Positions 50,060-60,365 of a DNA stretch of 64,000 bases are shown piece after piece (the stretch's first letter is position 1; every line of letters begins with the position of its first letter). Where the stretch lies: the NCBI GenBank assembly GCA_963781425.1, contig CAWAGX010000020.1, positions 474,387 through 538,386 on the forward strand. The letters are read 5' to 3'. The DNA comes from an uncultured Actinomycetes bacterium. GTDB taxonomy: Bacteria; Actinomycetota; Acidimicrobiia; IMCC26256; PALSA-610. A model generated the notes under the pieces. The model was not told the origin of the DNA and searched no databases. It worked only from the letters and a program-made list of their open reading frames with translations. The position numbers and the translations under genes are program-made.

Positions 50060-50614
50060 ATGATGGCTAGCGAGTTCACTATCGCCGTGACGTTGCGTGT
50101 TGCATTCCTCCGGGCCGTGAACCTCGGCAAACGCACCGTGAAGATGTCGCGCCTGGTCGACGTGTTCGAAGGCGCCGGCTACCACGACGTGTGGACACAC
50201 GTCAACAGCGGCAACGTCGCGTTCGACGTGTCGGGCACACGCACAAGCGTCGAACGAGCGATCGAGGGCGCGCTCGATTCAGAGTTCGGGTTCGAGATCA
50301 CCACGTTCGTGCGCACGGCAGCCGAGCTCCAGCGCGTCGTCGCCGCGAAGCCGTTCCGGGTGGCCGACGGCGACACGTACTTCGTCACGTTTCTCAAGGC
50401 ATCACCCGACCGTGCCACCAGTCGCGCGCTGGAGTCACTGTCGAACGAATTCGACACCCTCGTGGTGCGCGGACGTGACGTCCACTGGCGCATGCACGGC
50501 AAGTCGACCGACTCGAAGTTGCGCAAGAAGGACTGGGAGATCGTCGGGAAGAACAACAGCACGAGCCGGAACATGAACATGCTGCGCAAGTTCGCGGCCA
50601 AGGTCGCGGGCTGA
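50060..50614 (+). CDS. DUF1697 domain protein
   Basis: VAFLRAVNLGKRTVKMSRLVDVFEGAGYHDVWTHVNSGNVAF...TSRNMNMLRK. The start could be 50087. Confidence 0.8.
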   Translation: MMASEFTIAVTLRVAFLRAVNLGKRTVKMSRLVDVFEGAGYHDVWTHVNSGNVAFDVSGTRTSVERAIEGALDSEFGFEITTFVRTAAELQRVVAAKPFRVADGDTYFVTFLKASPDRATSRALESLSNEFDTLVVRGRDVHWRMHGKSTDSKLRKKDWEIVGKNNSTSRNMNMLRKFAAKVAG

Positions 50615-50659
50615 GCCTCGAATGGACGTTCTCGCCCTCGTCCTGGTGCTCGTGTACCT

Positions 50660-50957
50660 CGCGCTCGACCTTCGGCGTCCGGTCGCATCGCGACTGGCGA
50701 TCACGCTGGTCTCGAGGTCGGGCGCGCGCTCGACGGTCAAGGGATCCGAGAGACCCGTGCCGCGCCGGTCGTAGGAGATGACACGCGGTGAACGAACCGA
50801 GCCGTTCGAGGTACCGCCGGGCCCCGGGGAGCTCCCAGATCACTTCTACGTGCGAAATGAAGCCGGGGACGAGCACGAGGTCGAGGTCGCCCTCGCCCCA
50901 CACCTGGTACGCAATGTGCACATCGCCGTTGCGTGCGTAGCGCGTCTCGGGCGTCAC
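50660..50957 (-). pseudogene. N-terminal remnant of an alpha/beta-hydrolase-type protein (truncated, frame-shifted)
   Basis: MTPETRYARNGDVHIAYQVWGEGDLDLVLVPGFISHVEVIWELPGARRYLERLGSFT | RVISYDRRGTGLSDPLTVERAPDLETSV. Coding signal is then lost before the 3' end of the opposing DUF1697 gene. Confidence 0.5.
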
Positions 50958-50978
50958 GTCGGAGAGACTACGGCGACC

Positions 50979-52397
50979 TCAAGACCAGCCTGCGAGCAGA
51001 CCCGATCGTTGGAGGCCGACCCAGTCTTCGCGTCCCGGGATATCGCGGATTGCCGACCCTCGTTCGTCTGTTGTCACAGCGACCGCTCCCGGATTCGCTA
51101 CCGCGGTCGCCGGCGCGCACGCAGTCGGGACGAATTCGAGCAACGGCAGGTTCGGAAGCCGCGTGTTGGGATGATCGAAGTCCAGCGCGTGCGCCAGGTT
51201 GTGGGGATCGCGGTGCGCATGTGACGCGTCGCGCTGCGATAGCGGTGCGAGGCCCCATCGCCATTCGATGAGCTTGAGCACCGACGTGTGGTCGTAGAAC
51301 CTGTGGGTCACCGACTCGCCCGGGCGACGACGCGAGAAGGGGGACGCGACGATGCACGGAACCCGAAAGCCGGTGAGCACCCTTCCCTTCGCGTCGAGAT
51401 CCTCATCGATGCCGGTGCTCGGGTCGGCTCCGATCGGGACGCCGGCCGTCACGCGGTGAGGCTTGACGTGCTCGTAGAACCCACCCCATTCGTCGTAGTT
51501 GATGATGAGCACCGTGTGAGCCCAGCCCGGGCCCGTCGCGACGGCGTGGAAGATCTGCGACAGGAACGCGTCTCCTGCGCGCAGGTCGCACGCCGGATGA
51601 TCGTCGTTCGCAATCGCGATGTTCTCCCCGATGAAGCTGGGGTCGACATATGACACGTTGGGCAGCGTGCCCGCGGCCGCGTCGATCTTGAACTGGGCCA
51701 GCGGGGACGCGATCGAGGTGTACTTCGAACCCCAGAGCGCCACGATCGGCAGATCGCTGTAGTAGTAGCGGCCGGTCGGGCCGCCCGGCCGATTGAGCAG
51801 GTCCCAGATCGTCGGCAACGTCGAAACGGTGAACGTGTTCGAGAGCCGATCGGTCTGTCCGGCGTGCTGGAAGATCCGGTTCGGGAACGTGGGGCCCAGG
51901 ACCGAGCAGAAGTACCGATCACAGGTCGTGTAGTGGCGCGCCAGGCGACCCATGAAGGGCCGATCGCCGGCCTTGTAGTAGCTGATGGCGAACGAGTCGT
52001 TCCTCGTGTCGGTGAGGAAGCCGTCCATCCGCCCGTCGTTGTATTGGATCCGGCCCCCCGTGTAGGAGTGGTCCGGGTCGGCGAAGCCGCAACCGTCCAG
52101 CTGCCCTTGGTGAAAGGTCTTGTGCCGCTTGCCGTCGGGCGTCTTGAAGGACAATCCGGCCTGTCGTCCATCGGCATCCGGAAGCCAACCGAGGATGTGG
52201 TCGAAGCTCCGGTTCTCCATCATCACGAGCACAACGTGCTTGATGCCCGAATGCTCGGGGTGCGGCAGGTGATCGTGATGATGCGGCCGATCCCAGAGCG
52301 TCGATTGCAGTCCGGGCGGACCAAGCTTGCCGCCGAGGAAGAGAAACCCCGACGCCCCCGCGGCTCCTTTCAGGAACTCCCGTCGATCGAGCGGCAT
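50979..52397 (-). CDS. phosphoesterase-family protein (phospholipase C / acid phosphatase type), Tat-exported
   Basis: Tat signal DRREFLKGAAG. HVVLVMMENRSFDH, DPDHS, NYDEWGGFYEH. Intact 472-aa ORF. Confidence 0.85.
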   Translation of the reverse strand: MPLDRREFLKGAAGASGFLFLGGKLGPPGLQSTLWDRPHHHDHLPHPEHSGIKHVVLVMMENRSFDHILGWLPDADGRQAGLSFKTPDGKRHKTFHQGQLDGCGFADPDHSYTGGRIQYNDGRMDGFLTDTRNDSFAISYYKAGDRPFMGRLARHYTTCDRYFCSVLGPTFPNRIFQHAGQTDRLSNTFTVSTLPTIWDLLNRPGGPTGRYYYSDLPIVALWGSKYTSIASPLAQFKIDAAAGTLPNVSYVDPSFIGENIAIANDDHPACDLRAGDAFLSQIFHAVATGPGWAHTVLIINYDEWGGFYEHVKPHRVTAGVPIGADPSTGIDEDLDAKGRVLTGFRVPCIVASPFSRRRPGESVTHRFYDHTSVLKLIEWRWGLAPLSQRDASHAHRDPHNLAHALDFDHPNTRLPNLPLLEFVPTACAPATAVANPGAVAVTTDERGSAIRDIPGREDWVGLQRSGLLAGWS

Positions 52398-52438
52398 CCG
52401 ATCCCCATCCTCCGAGACGTGCTCCGACAGCTTGCCAA

Positions 52439-52864
52439 TCAGACGAGGGTCACGTCGAGTGTGATCTTCGTTCCGCTGAGCGCCTTGCTCACGGGACAGT
52501 TCTTCTTCGCGCCTTCGGCCGCCTCGGTGAACTGCTCGGCCGAGAGCCCGGGAACAACGCCGCGCACGCTGAGGTGAATCCCCGTGATGCCTTCACCGGG
52601 CTGGAAGGTCACATCCGCGGTTGTGTCCAACGCCTCCGGTGCACTCCCGGCTTTGGCGAGGGCATTCGACAACGCCATCGAGTAGCACGCGGAATGGGCC
52701 GCGGCGATGAGCTCTTCGGGACTCGTACGGCCATTCGGGTCCTCTGCGCGAGATGCCCATGTCACGTCGTAACTTCCAAGTCCCGAAGAATCGAGGGTGA
52801 CGCGGCCGGCGCCCTCCATGAGAGAACCTTCCCAGTGTGCGCTTGCGTGGCGCGTCGTTGCCAT
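52439..52864 (-). CDS. osmC: OsmC/Ohr family peroxiredoxin
   Basis: GAGGAAGG lies before ATG 52864. TSPEELIAAAHSACYSMALS and AKKNCPVSKAL carry the two conserved Cys. Confidence 0.9.
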   Translation of the reverse strand: MATTRHASAHWEGSLMEGAGRVTLDSSGLGSYDVTWASRAEDPNGRTSPEELIAAAHSACYSMALSNALAKAGSAPEALDTTADVTFQPGEGITGIHLSVRGVVPGLSAEQFTEAAEGAKKNCPVSKALSGTKITLDVTLV

Positions 52865-52962
52865 GAGACGAACCTTCCTCGAGGAATCGACGGCTTGGGG
52901 GGAGTCCAGGAACCGGGGCGCATAGTAATCACGTGATGTCGCAGACCGGCCGGTTGCGAGAA

Positions 52963-53023
52963 CCCGTTTGGTCACCACGTGATCGTTTGCGGCCACTCCC
53001 CGACCAAACGGTGGGTGAGACGT
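52963..53023. repeat. short intergenic element, copy B (first copy at 26028..26094)
   Basis: CCCGTTTGGTC.........TCGTTTGCGGCCACT..CCGACCAAACGGT..GAGACGT. Identical 11-, 8- and 13-nt blocks at the same spacing as copy A. Lies between divergent osmC and the nucleoside-hydrolase-like gene. Confidence 0.7.
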
Positions 53024-53099
53024 CTCGTAGATGCGCTCGTGCGTGAGGGAGCAAGTGGTGAGACCATGTCGGCACGGCGAACCTCAAAAGGGGGGCGCA

Positions 53100-54191
53100 A
53101 TGGTGACGATCCAGCGGCGAGGATCAATGGCGAGTGTGGTCGCCTCCGTCGTGGCGGCTCTGCTCGTCGGAGTGGTCGCACCGGCATCGGGGGCGGCGCC
53201 GTCCGTCACGCGACATCGTCCCTCGGCCCAGCGTCCCGCGGTCCCGAACGTGATCATCGATACCGATCTCTCTCGGTGGTGGGACGACGCGACCGCGATC
53301 GGACTGGCCAACATCCTGCAACAACGGGGCAAGGTGCACATCCTCGGGATCGTCTCCGACGTGCCGAACCGCGTGGCGGTCGCGGCGATCGACGCCATCG
53401 ACACGGCATATGGCCACCCGCGTATTCCGCTCGGCGCGGTCGCGAACAGCGCGGCCGACACGTTCCGTCACGGCTACACCGATGAGCTGACTCGGCGTCT
53501 TCCGCACTCGGTCCGCGACAGCAACGACGTCCCGAATGCGGTTTCGCTCTACCGGCGATTGTTGGCGCGCCGGCCCGACCACAGCGTCACCATCATTTCG
53601 TTGGGCGGATACACCAACCTGGCCGGCGTACTGGCTTCGCGCGGCCACGGCCATTCGCCCAGCGGGCGCGCGCTGGTCGCGAAGAAAGTGAAGAGGCTCG
53701 TGATCATGGACGGGCTGTTTCCGAACGGTGGTGGCTTCCCGCCGTTCACGAACCAGAAACTCGATGTGGCAGCGGCCGCCGCGGTCGTGGGCGGTGCAGG
53801 ACGTCCGGGGTGGCCGTCGCCGATCGCCTGGGTCGACGGGCTCGGTGGCATCGCCACCAAGGTCGGCGGGACGTTGTGCGCGACGGCGTCACCCGACAAC
53901 CCGATGCGCATCGTCTACCAGGAGTTGTTCGCGTGCGGGCCGCCCGGCGACGGCGACTGGGATGCGCCGACGCTCTTGTTCGCGCTGGGCGACATCCCGC
54001 GCGCGTTCACCAAGCTGGGCCAGGGCGGCGCAGCCGTGATCAATGCCGCGGGCGGATTGTCGTGGCAGGACGATTCACCTCGTCGCCACGACTTCTACGT
54101 GCACGTGGCCGACCAAGCGAAGCTCAACCGGCGCATCGATCGCCTTCTGCCGCTCGGCGATCCACCTCCGTGCTCGCGGCGGCACCACTAG
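53100..54191 (+). CDS. secreted inosine-uridine-preferring nucleoside hydrolase-like protein
   Basis: Signal-like SMASVVASVVAALLVGVVAPASGA. N-terminal VIIDTDLSRWWDDATA fits the DxDxxxDD-type motif of the family. Confidence 0.65.
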   Translation: MVTIQRRGSMASVVASVVAALLVGVVAPASGAAPSVTRHRPSAQRPAVPNVIIDTDLSRWWDDATAIGLANILQQRGKVHILGIVSDVPNRVAVAAIDAIDTAYGHPRIPLGAVANSAADTFRHGYTDELTRRLPHSVRDSNDVPNAVSLYRRLLARRPDHSVTIISLGGYTNLAGVLASRGHGHSPSGRALVAKKVKRLVIMDGLFPNGGGFPPFTNQKLDVAAAAAVVGGAGRPGWPSPIAWVDGLGGIATKVGGTLCATASPDNPMRIVYQELFACGPPGDGDWDAPTLLFALGDIPRAFTKLGQGGAAVINAAGGLSWQDDSPRRHDFYVHVADQAKLNRRIDRLLPLGDPPPCSRRHH

Positions 54192-54193
54192 AC

Positions 54194-55138
54194 ATGCGAA
54201 TCGGGCTCACGGGAGGTGGCGCGACCGCCGACCGCATCGTCCGGCAGGCGGTCGAGGCGGAGGCGGACGGGTTCACGAGCCTCTGGTACGCGAGTGCGGT
54301 CTTCGGTGACCCGCTCGTCGCGATCGCCCTCGCCGGGCGCGCGACCACCACGATCGAGCTCGGCACCTCGGTGCTGCAGACCTACACGTGTCACCCCGTC
54401 CTGCAGGCGAACCGCGGCGCATCCACTGCCGCGGCAATGGGCCGCGCCGGGTTCACCCTCGGCGTAGGTCCGTCACACCACACCGTGATCGAGGGCGCGT
54501 ACGGCCTGTCATACGAGCACGTCGGCGCGCACACGGAGGAGTACGTCACAGTGCTCAGCGCGTTGTTGCGCGGCGAGGGCGTGCATCATCGCGGCCCGCA
54601 TTTTCGCGTCGACATCCCGGTGGTCACGACGCCGCCGCAACCCGTGCGCGTGATGCTTTCGGCACTCGCTCCCCGACTCCTGCGCGTCGCCGGCGAACTG
54701 ACGGATGGAACGATCTTGTGGATGGCAAACGCGTGGTCGATCGAGACCCACGTGGCCCCGAAGATCAATGCGGCCGCGACCGCGGCTGGACGATCGGCAC
54801 CGCGCATCGTCGCCGGCCTCCCTGTCGCCGTGCACGACGACGTCGCCGAAGCACGCTCGACCGCAGCCGGAATCTTCAGCGGCTATGGCGAGCTGCCGAA
54901 CTACCGGCGCATCCTCGACATCGGCGATGCACCAGGACCGGGCGACGCCGCAATCGTCGGGGACGAAACTGCGGTGACGGCACAGCTCCAGACGTTGTTC
55001 GACGCGGGTGCGACGGATGTATGGGCGGCGCCCTTTCCCGTCGGGGACGACCGGGCGACATCACGCACACGCACGCGCGCACTCTTGAAGGAGCTCGCGT
55101 CGAGCTCTACCCCAACCGCGTCAGCACGTTCCGGGTGA
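54194..55138 (+). CDS. LLM-family oxidoreductase, F420- or flavin-dependent
   Basis: MRIGLTGGG...GFTSLWYASAVFGDPL..TIELGTSVLQTY.HP..LGVGPSH. Confidence 0.8.
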   Translation: MRIGLTGGGATADRIVRQAVEAEADGFTSLWYASAVFGDPLVAIALAGRATTTIELGTSVLQTYTCHPVLQANRGASTAAAMGRAGFTLGVGPSHHTVIEGAYGLSYEHVGAHTEEYVTVLSALLRGEGVHHRGPHFRVDIPVVTTPPQPVRVMLSALAPRLLRVAGELTDGTILWMANAWSIETHVAPKINAAATAAGRSAPRIVAGLPVAVHDDVAEARSTAAGIFSGYGELPNYRRILDIGDAPGPGDAAIVGDETAVTAQLQTLFDAGATDVWAAPFPVGDDRATSRTRTRALLKELASSSTPTASARSG

Positions 55139-56661
55139 TCTGTTCGATCTGCGGGTCGCGCGCCGCCAGCCCGTGTGCCCAGTCGGTCGACCCCGACGTC
55201 ATCACTGTCGCGCCCGCCTCGTTCGTGTATGCACCCAGCACCGCGTGGCCGTGACGGATGCGTTCCATCGCCTTGGGATCGCGCGTGCCCGAACACGCGC
55301 GACGCGATGTACTCCAACTCGCTCGGCTCGCCCGGCTTCGGTGGACGGGGCGCGGTCTCGCGCGTGAAGTGCTGCGTCGGGCACGTGCCGAGGATCTCGA
55401 AGGTCGACGGCGTGCCGTCCTCGCCGGTGGGGTACGGCAGCCCGTCGCGGTAGGTGAACACGCATCCGTCGCACTCGTAGCCGACGACGGTCGCGCCGGC
55501 ACCGAGCACGTCGCCGTAACCGAGCCCGGTGCCGTCGAAGAGCCAGTGACCCGCGCGATGCACGGTGTAGCCACCGAGACCGCCGGTCACATTGCGACCG
55601 ATGCGGTGATAGCCCCCGCGTGTGAACGAAACGCCGGTCATGTGGTTCTCGGGACGACCGACGACCACGTCGGACCAGAACGTCGTCACCTCCGACTCGC
55701 GGTCGGTTCCCATCAGCGGGTCGTCCTTGAAGAACCCCTTGTACCCGACCATCACTTCGTGATCGTCGCCCTCGACGCGGACCTGCCACAACGACGTGTT
55801 GCCCGAGAAGAACCCCGCGTTACCGCCGCGCGCGATGAACGCTTCGACGGTGTCGCGCATGCCGCGAGACCAGTACTCGTCGTGGCCGACCGAAAGATAC
55901 AGACGCGCGTCGTCCAACACCTCGGGGTGTGCTTCGAGGTCGGCGTTCGTGCACACACCGATCTCGAACCCTTCGCGTTCGGCCCACTCGATGAACGGCA
56001 GCTCCCAGTCGGGCCAACCCGCCGATCCGGCATAGCCCGACAGATGGTTGAGCTGGATGTAGCCGACATGCGCGGCGTTCTGCGGATCGGGCGCGCCCGT
56101 TCCCGTCACGCGACGGCCCTTGCCCGGCGGCTTGTACAGGTAGCCCGCCGACATCGGCCGCTGCATCGCGACGTGGGTGCCGCCGGTGTACAGATTCGGT
56201 CCGCCAAAGTCGTTGTACGCGTGCCACGTGTTCGTCGCCAGCGCGAGCACGATGCGCGCGCCCGCAGACGGACGCACGACGAAGAACGCGTAGTCGCGTC
56301 GCACCTTCTCGCCCACGTCGATCTCCATGACTACCTCGTAGTAACCCGACCGCCACGTCGGGTCGACGTCCAGCGTGAGCGCGACGGGCCAGCCGCACCC
56401 CTTCGAGGATGCGTCCTTCGGCGTCTCGTGCTCGTCGGTCGCGACGGTGTGGGAATTGAACACGACCTCTCGTCGCACGCCGACGCGTGCCACCTCGACG
56501 CGCACCGGCCGCCCACCGGACGACGACAGGTGCAGGCCGACCTGTTCGCCCGGACCCACCGATTGCGGCCAGCAGTACCCCGTCACCACCTCGCGCGCCA
56601 TCGCCCGACCATAACTGAGCAACATCTCTCGCTTCGTCCGAAGAACGTCATGCGAAGCCAT
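55107..56661 (-). CDS. N,N-dimethylformamidase beta-subunit-like (DUF6605-type) protein; one frame change (~55300)
   Basis: ITGYCWPQSVGPGEQV..NTWHAYNDFGG..YAGSAGWPDWELPFIEWAEREGF..SVGHDEYWS..GYECDG within ORF 54901..57318. The tail RDPKAMERIRHGHAVLGAY..TSGSTDWAHGL is in ORF 55107..55574. Start uncertain. Confidence 0.65.
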
Positions 56662-56845
56662 CGCCTGGCCACCCCCATCGGGCTGACGGATCGACGCGTG
56701 CCCAGCTCCTGTTCGAGCTGTCGGATCTGGTGAGACAGGGCGGCTTTCCGCGGAATTGGTCAGGACACGATCTCTGGGGGAAGAACTCTCCAATCTCCGG
56801 TTGACCGCGTGCGGCGGCCACGAGACGTGAGAGAAAGGAACGTCG

Positions 56846-57348
56846 ATGACTACCGACTTCCACCAGGGGCTCCTTTGACCGCCCGGGACGCGTCGAGCCG
56901 AGCGGCCGCCGCGGCATACCGGCCGTCGTGGGTGCAGCGGCGCGCGAACACGATCCTCACCCGAGTGCTCGGCAAGGGCCGCGGTCCGAGCTTCATGGGG
57001 CTGCTCACCGTCCGCGGACGCGCGACCGGCACGAGCAGAACCACACCGGTCGTGCCAGTGCGTGACGGCGACCGGACCTGGGTCGTGTCGCCGTTCGGTG
57101 AAGTCGCGTGGGTCCGCAACGCTCGGGCCATCGGCCGGGTCGAGCTGCGCCGCGGCGACGAGCACACCACGTACGCGGCCCGCGAGGTCGACGCCCACGA
57201 GGCGGTCCCGGTGCTGCGCCGCTACCTGTCGATGCCATCGCGGTTCTTCGTTCGCCGCCATTTCGACGTCACCGCGAAGTCGCCTGACAACGCCATCGCC
57301 TCGGAGGCCAACCGGCATCCGGTGTTCGAGCTCACCCCGATCCCATGA
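56846..57348 (+). CDS. DUF385 / deazaflavin-dependent nitroreductase family protein; probable frame change at TTT ~56875
   Basis: GAGAAAGGAA lies before ATG 56846 (MTTDFHQGLL*). The rest is in ORF 56809..57348: ..ILTRVLGKGRGPSFMGLLTVRGRATGTSRTTPVVPV.DGDRTWVVSPFGEVAWVRNARA. Confidence 0.65.
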
Positions 57349-58232
57349 AGGTCGGCATCAGCATCACCAACTATTCCTGGCGCGGCGGCCCGGACGCGCT
57401 CGCCCGACATGTCGTCGATCTCGCCCGGCAGGTGGACGAGGCGGGCGTTGACACGCTCTGGGTCGCCGACCACCTCCTGCAGATGGACCCCAACGCGTCG
57501 GTCGACGAGCCGATGCTCGAGGCGTACTCGACGCTCGCGTTCATCGCCGGCGCGACGCGACACGTGCAGCTCGGCACGATGGTCACCTGGGCCACGATCC
57601 GTTCACCCGCCCTGCTGATCAAGACCGTCACGACCCTCGACGTGCTGTCCGGCGGCCGGGCGTGGCTCGGTGTCGGCGTCGGCTACCGCGGCGACGAAGC
57701 CGCGATGGCGGGACTGCCGTTCGAGCCCACCCCTGAACGGTTCAACCGGCTCGAAGAGCTGCTGCAGCTCGCCGCGCACATGTGGGACGGCAGTCGCGCG
57801 CCGTTCGAAGGACCGCACCACCACCTCGAGTCACCGATCAACGAACCACCGCCGATCTCGCGGCCCCGGGTGCTCATCGGTGGCATGGGTGAGCGGCGCA
57901 CCCTGCCGCTCGTCGCGCGCTATGCCGATGCCTGCAACCTCTTCGACATCCCCGACGAGGGCGCGACCCTGCGCCACAAGCTCGACGTCCTGGCCCGCGC
58001 GTGCGACGCCGTCGGCCGCGACTCCGCCGAGATCGAGATCACACTCAGCACCCGGCTCGGTGACGGCGAGACCGCCACCCAGCTCGCCGATCGCGCCGCC
58101 GCCCTCGCCGAGCTCGGGGTCGCCCACCTCGTGTTCGTCACCACCGGGCCCTGGCAGACGAGCGGCGACCTCGGCGTCCTCGTCGACGCCGTCGACTCCC
58201 TCCACGCCGTCGCCTCAGTTCCGTCGTCGTAG
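57345..58232 (+). CDS. LLM-family oxidoreductase, F420- or flavin-dependent
   Basis: Intact ORF. GVDTLWVADHLLQ, LDVLSGGRAWLGVGVGY. The ATG overlaps the stop of the upstream DUF385 gene (ATGA). Confidence 0.85.
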   Translation: MKVGISITNYSWRGGPDALARHVVDLARQVDEAGVDTLWVADHLLQMDPNASVDEPMLEAYSTLAFIAGATRHVQLGTMVTWATIRSPALLIKTVTTLDVLSGGRAWLGVGVGYRGDEAAMAGLPFEPTPERFNRLEELLQLAAHMWDGSRAPFEGPHHHLESPINEPPPISRPRVLIGGMGERRTLPLVARYADACNLFDIPDEGATLRHKLDVLARACDAVGRDSAEIEITLSTRLGDGETATQLADRAAALAELGVAHLVFVTTGPWQTSGDLGVLVDAVDSLHAVASVPSS

Positions 58233-58288
58233 CCCGCGTCTCGCGGCCTGTTGGTGGCGCGTCGCCGGTGCTGCGATTGTTGAGCTTG

Positions 58289-59775
58289 ATGAGCAGCTTC
58301 CCCACGCGTGTGCGGCGGCACGGCGACCGCGTTGCGGTCATCGACCCGCGCGGCACGTGGTCATACAACGCGCTCGCCCACGACGCGGCGCAGCTTGCCA
58401 CGGTCATGCGCGACGGGGTTGAAGATCTCAACGACGCACGCGTCGCGCTGTTGTGCGAACCCGGTCGCGACTACGTCGCCGCCCTGCTCGCGTGCTGGGA
58501 AGCTGGCGGAATCGCGGTGCCGTTGCATCCCGCGCACCCCGAACCCGAGCTCGCATACTTCATCGGCGACAGCGGAGTGTCGATCGTCGTCTGCTCAGCG
58601 CGTCACCGCGACGTCGCGGAGATCCTCGCCGAACCCGTCGCCGCACGCGTCGTGACCGTCGACGAGACGACGTCGACCTCGTCGGCGCCAACCGGCGAGC
58701 TCGTCGTCGACACACACCGCCCCGCGATGATCATCTACACGAGCGGCACGACCGGCCGTCCCAAAGGCGTGGTGCACACGCACGCAACGCTGCAAGCGCA
58801 GGTCGAGAGCCTCATCGACGCGTGGGCGTGGTCTGCAGACGACCGGATACTGCTCGTCCTGCCGCTGCACCACGTGCACGGCATCGTGAACGTCACGCTG
58901 TGTGCGTTGTGGGCGGGCGCGACGTGCGAGGCCCCCGGTGGCTTCGAAGCCCGCCAGACATGGGAGCGGCTCGCGGCCGGCGAGCTCACGTTGTTCATGG
59001 CAGTACCGACGATCTACGCCGCGCCTGATCGCGGCGTGGGATGCCGCCGATGCCGGTGACCGGCAACGGTGGTCTGCGGGCGCCAGGCGTGCGCGGCTGA
59101 TGGTGTCGGGCTCGGCCGCGCTGCCGGTCTCGACGCTTGCCCGCTGGGAGGAGCTCAGCGGTCATGTGCTGCTCGAGCGCTACGGCATGACCGAGCTCGG
59201 GATGGCGCTGTCGAACACGCTCGACCGTCGCGTGCCGGGAAAGGTCGGTGAGCCGCTGCCGAACGTCGAGGCGCGAATCGTCGACGACGATGGGCACGAC
59301 CTTCCCGACGGACGCGTCGGAGAGTTGCTCGTCCGAGGTCCGCAGGTGTTCGTCGAGTACTGGCAGCGTCCACTCGATACCTCGGCAGGATTCGTCGACG
59401 GCTGGTTCCGCACCGGCGATGTCGCGGTGCACGAGCCCGACGGATACCGGCTGCTCGGGCGGTCGTCGGTCGACATCATCAAGACCGGGGGCGAGAAGGT
59501 CTCCGCGCTCGAGATCGAGGAGGTGCTGCGCACGCATCCCACGGTCCGCGACTGCGCGGTCGTGGGGATCGCAGACGACGAGTGGGGCGAACGCGTCTGC
59601 TCGCGCGGTCGTCCCGGCCGACGAGGCTCGGATCACCGCCGAGGAACTGCGCGCGTGGGGCAAGGAACGACTCGCGCCCGCGAAGGTGCCGTCACGTTTC
59701 GTCTTCGTCGCCGAGCTGCCGCGCAACACCATGGGCAAGGTCGTCAAGCCCGACGTCGGAAAGCTGTTCCCGTGA
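58289..59775 (+). CDS. AMP-dependent acyl-CoA synthetase/ligase; two frame changes (~59020, ~59600)
   Basis: IIYTSGTTGRPKGV; YGMTE; WFRTGD; IIKTGGEKV. The C-terminal PRNTMGKVVK is in ORF 59248..59775. Confidence 0.85.
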
Positions 59776-59793
59776 CCGTTCGCCCCAACGCGA

Positions 59794-60276
59794 TCAGGCG
59801 TAGACGGTGCGGGTCACCCACTCCGCGACGAGGGCGGGCTTGTCTTCCCCTTCGATCTCGATGGTGAAGTTGCGCGCGACCTCGACGGAGTTGCCCTTCA
59901 GCTCGACGTTCGTGGTGACGGCGCGAGCGCGGATGCGTGAGCCGACCTTCACCGGGTTCACAAATCGCACGCGGTTGAACCCGTAGTTGATGCCCATCAG
60001 CAGCCCGTCGTACCGAGCCGGGTCCGCGGGCGCCGAGCTCGCGCCTTTGGCGAGGTGGGTGAGCATCGAGAGCGTCAGGAAGCCATGCGCGATCGTGGTC
60101 CCGAACGGTGTCGCCTTCGCCGCCTCCGGATCGACGTGGATGAACTGGTGGTCGTGGGTGACGTCGGCGAACTCGTTGATCTGGTCCTGGGTGACCTGGA
60201 ACCAGTCGCCGGTGCCCTCGTCGTTTCCGACGTCGGCCCGGAAGAGCTCGTACGCCTTGGCCGCAGCTTCGCTCAT
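59794..60276 (-). CDS. MaoC-like (R)-specific enoyl-CoA hydratase/dehydratase
   Basis: FADVTHDHQFIHVDPEAA..TIAHGFLTLS hot-dog fold motif. Confidence 0.85.
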   Translation of the reverse strand: MSEAAAKAYELFRADVGNDEGTGDWFQVTQDQINEFADVTHDHQFIHVDPEAAKATPFGTTIAHGFLTLSMLTHLAKGASSAPADPARYDGLLMGINYGFNRVRFVNPVKVGSRIRARAVTTNVELKGNSVEVARNFTIEIEGEDKPALVAEWVTRTVYA

Positions 60277-60365
60277 GCCCAAACCCTAGGCACGCGGCGG
60301 CGCCATGTGCAGCGTCGGCGCCCCATTGGCAGACTTACGGCCGGCCCGTGGTGAGGGGGAGAACC

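Noticed and set aside
53810-54193. The 128-aa N-terminal extension of the LLM gene in ORF 53810..55138, which overlaps the nucleoside-hydrolase-like gene.
   Set aside because: The extension is Arg-rich nonsense in a frame overlapping a well-supported gene. The LLM-like sequence starts at ATG 54194 (MRIGLTGGG..).
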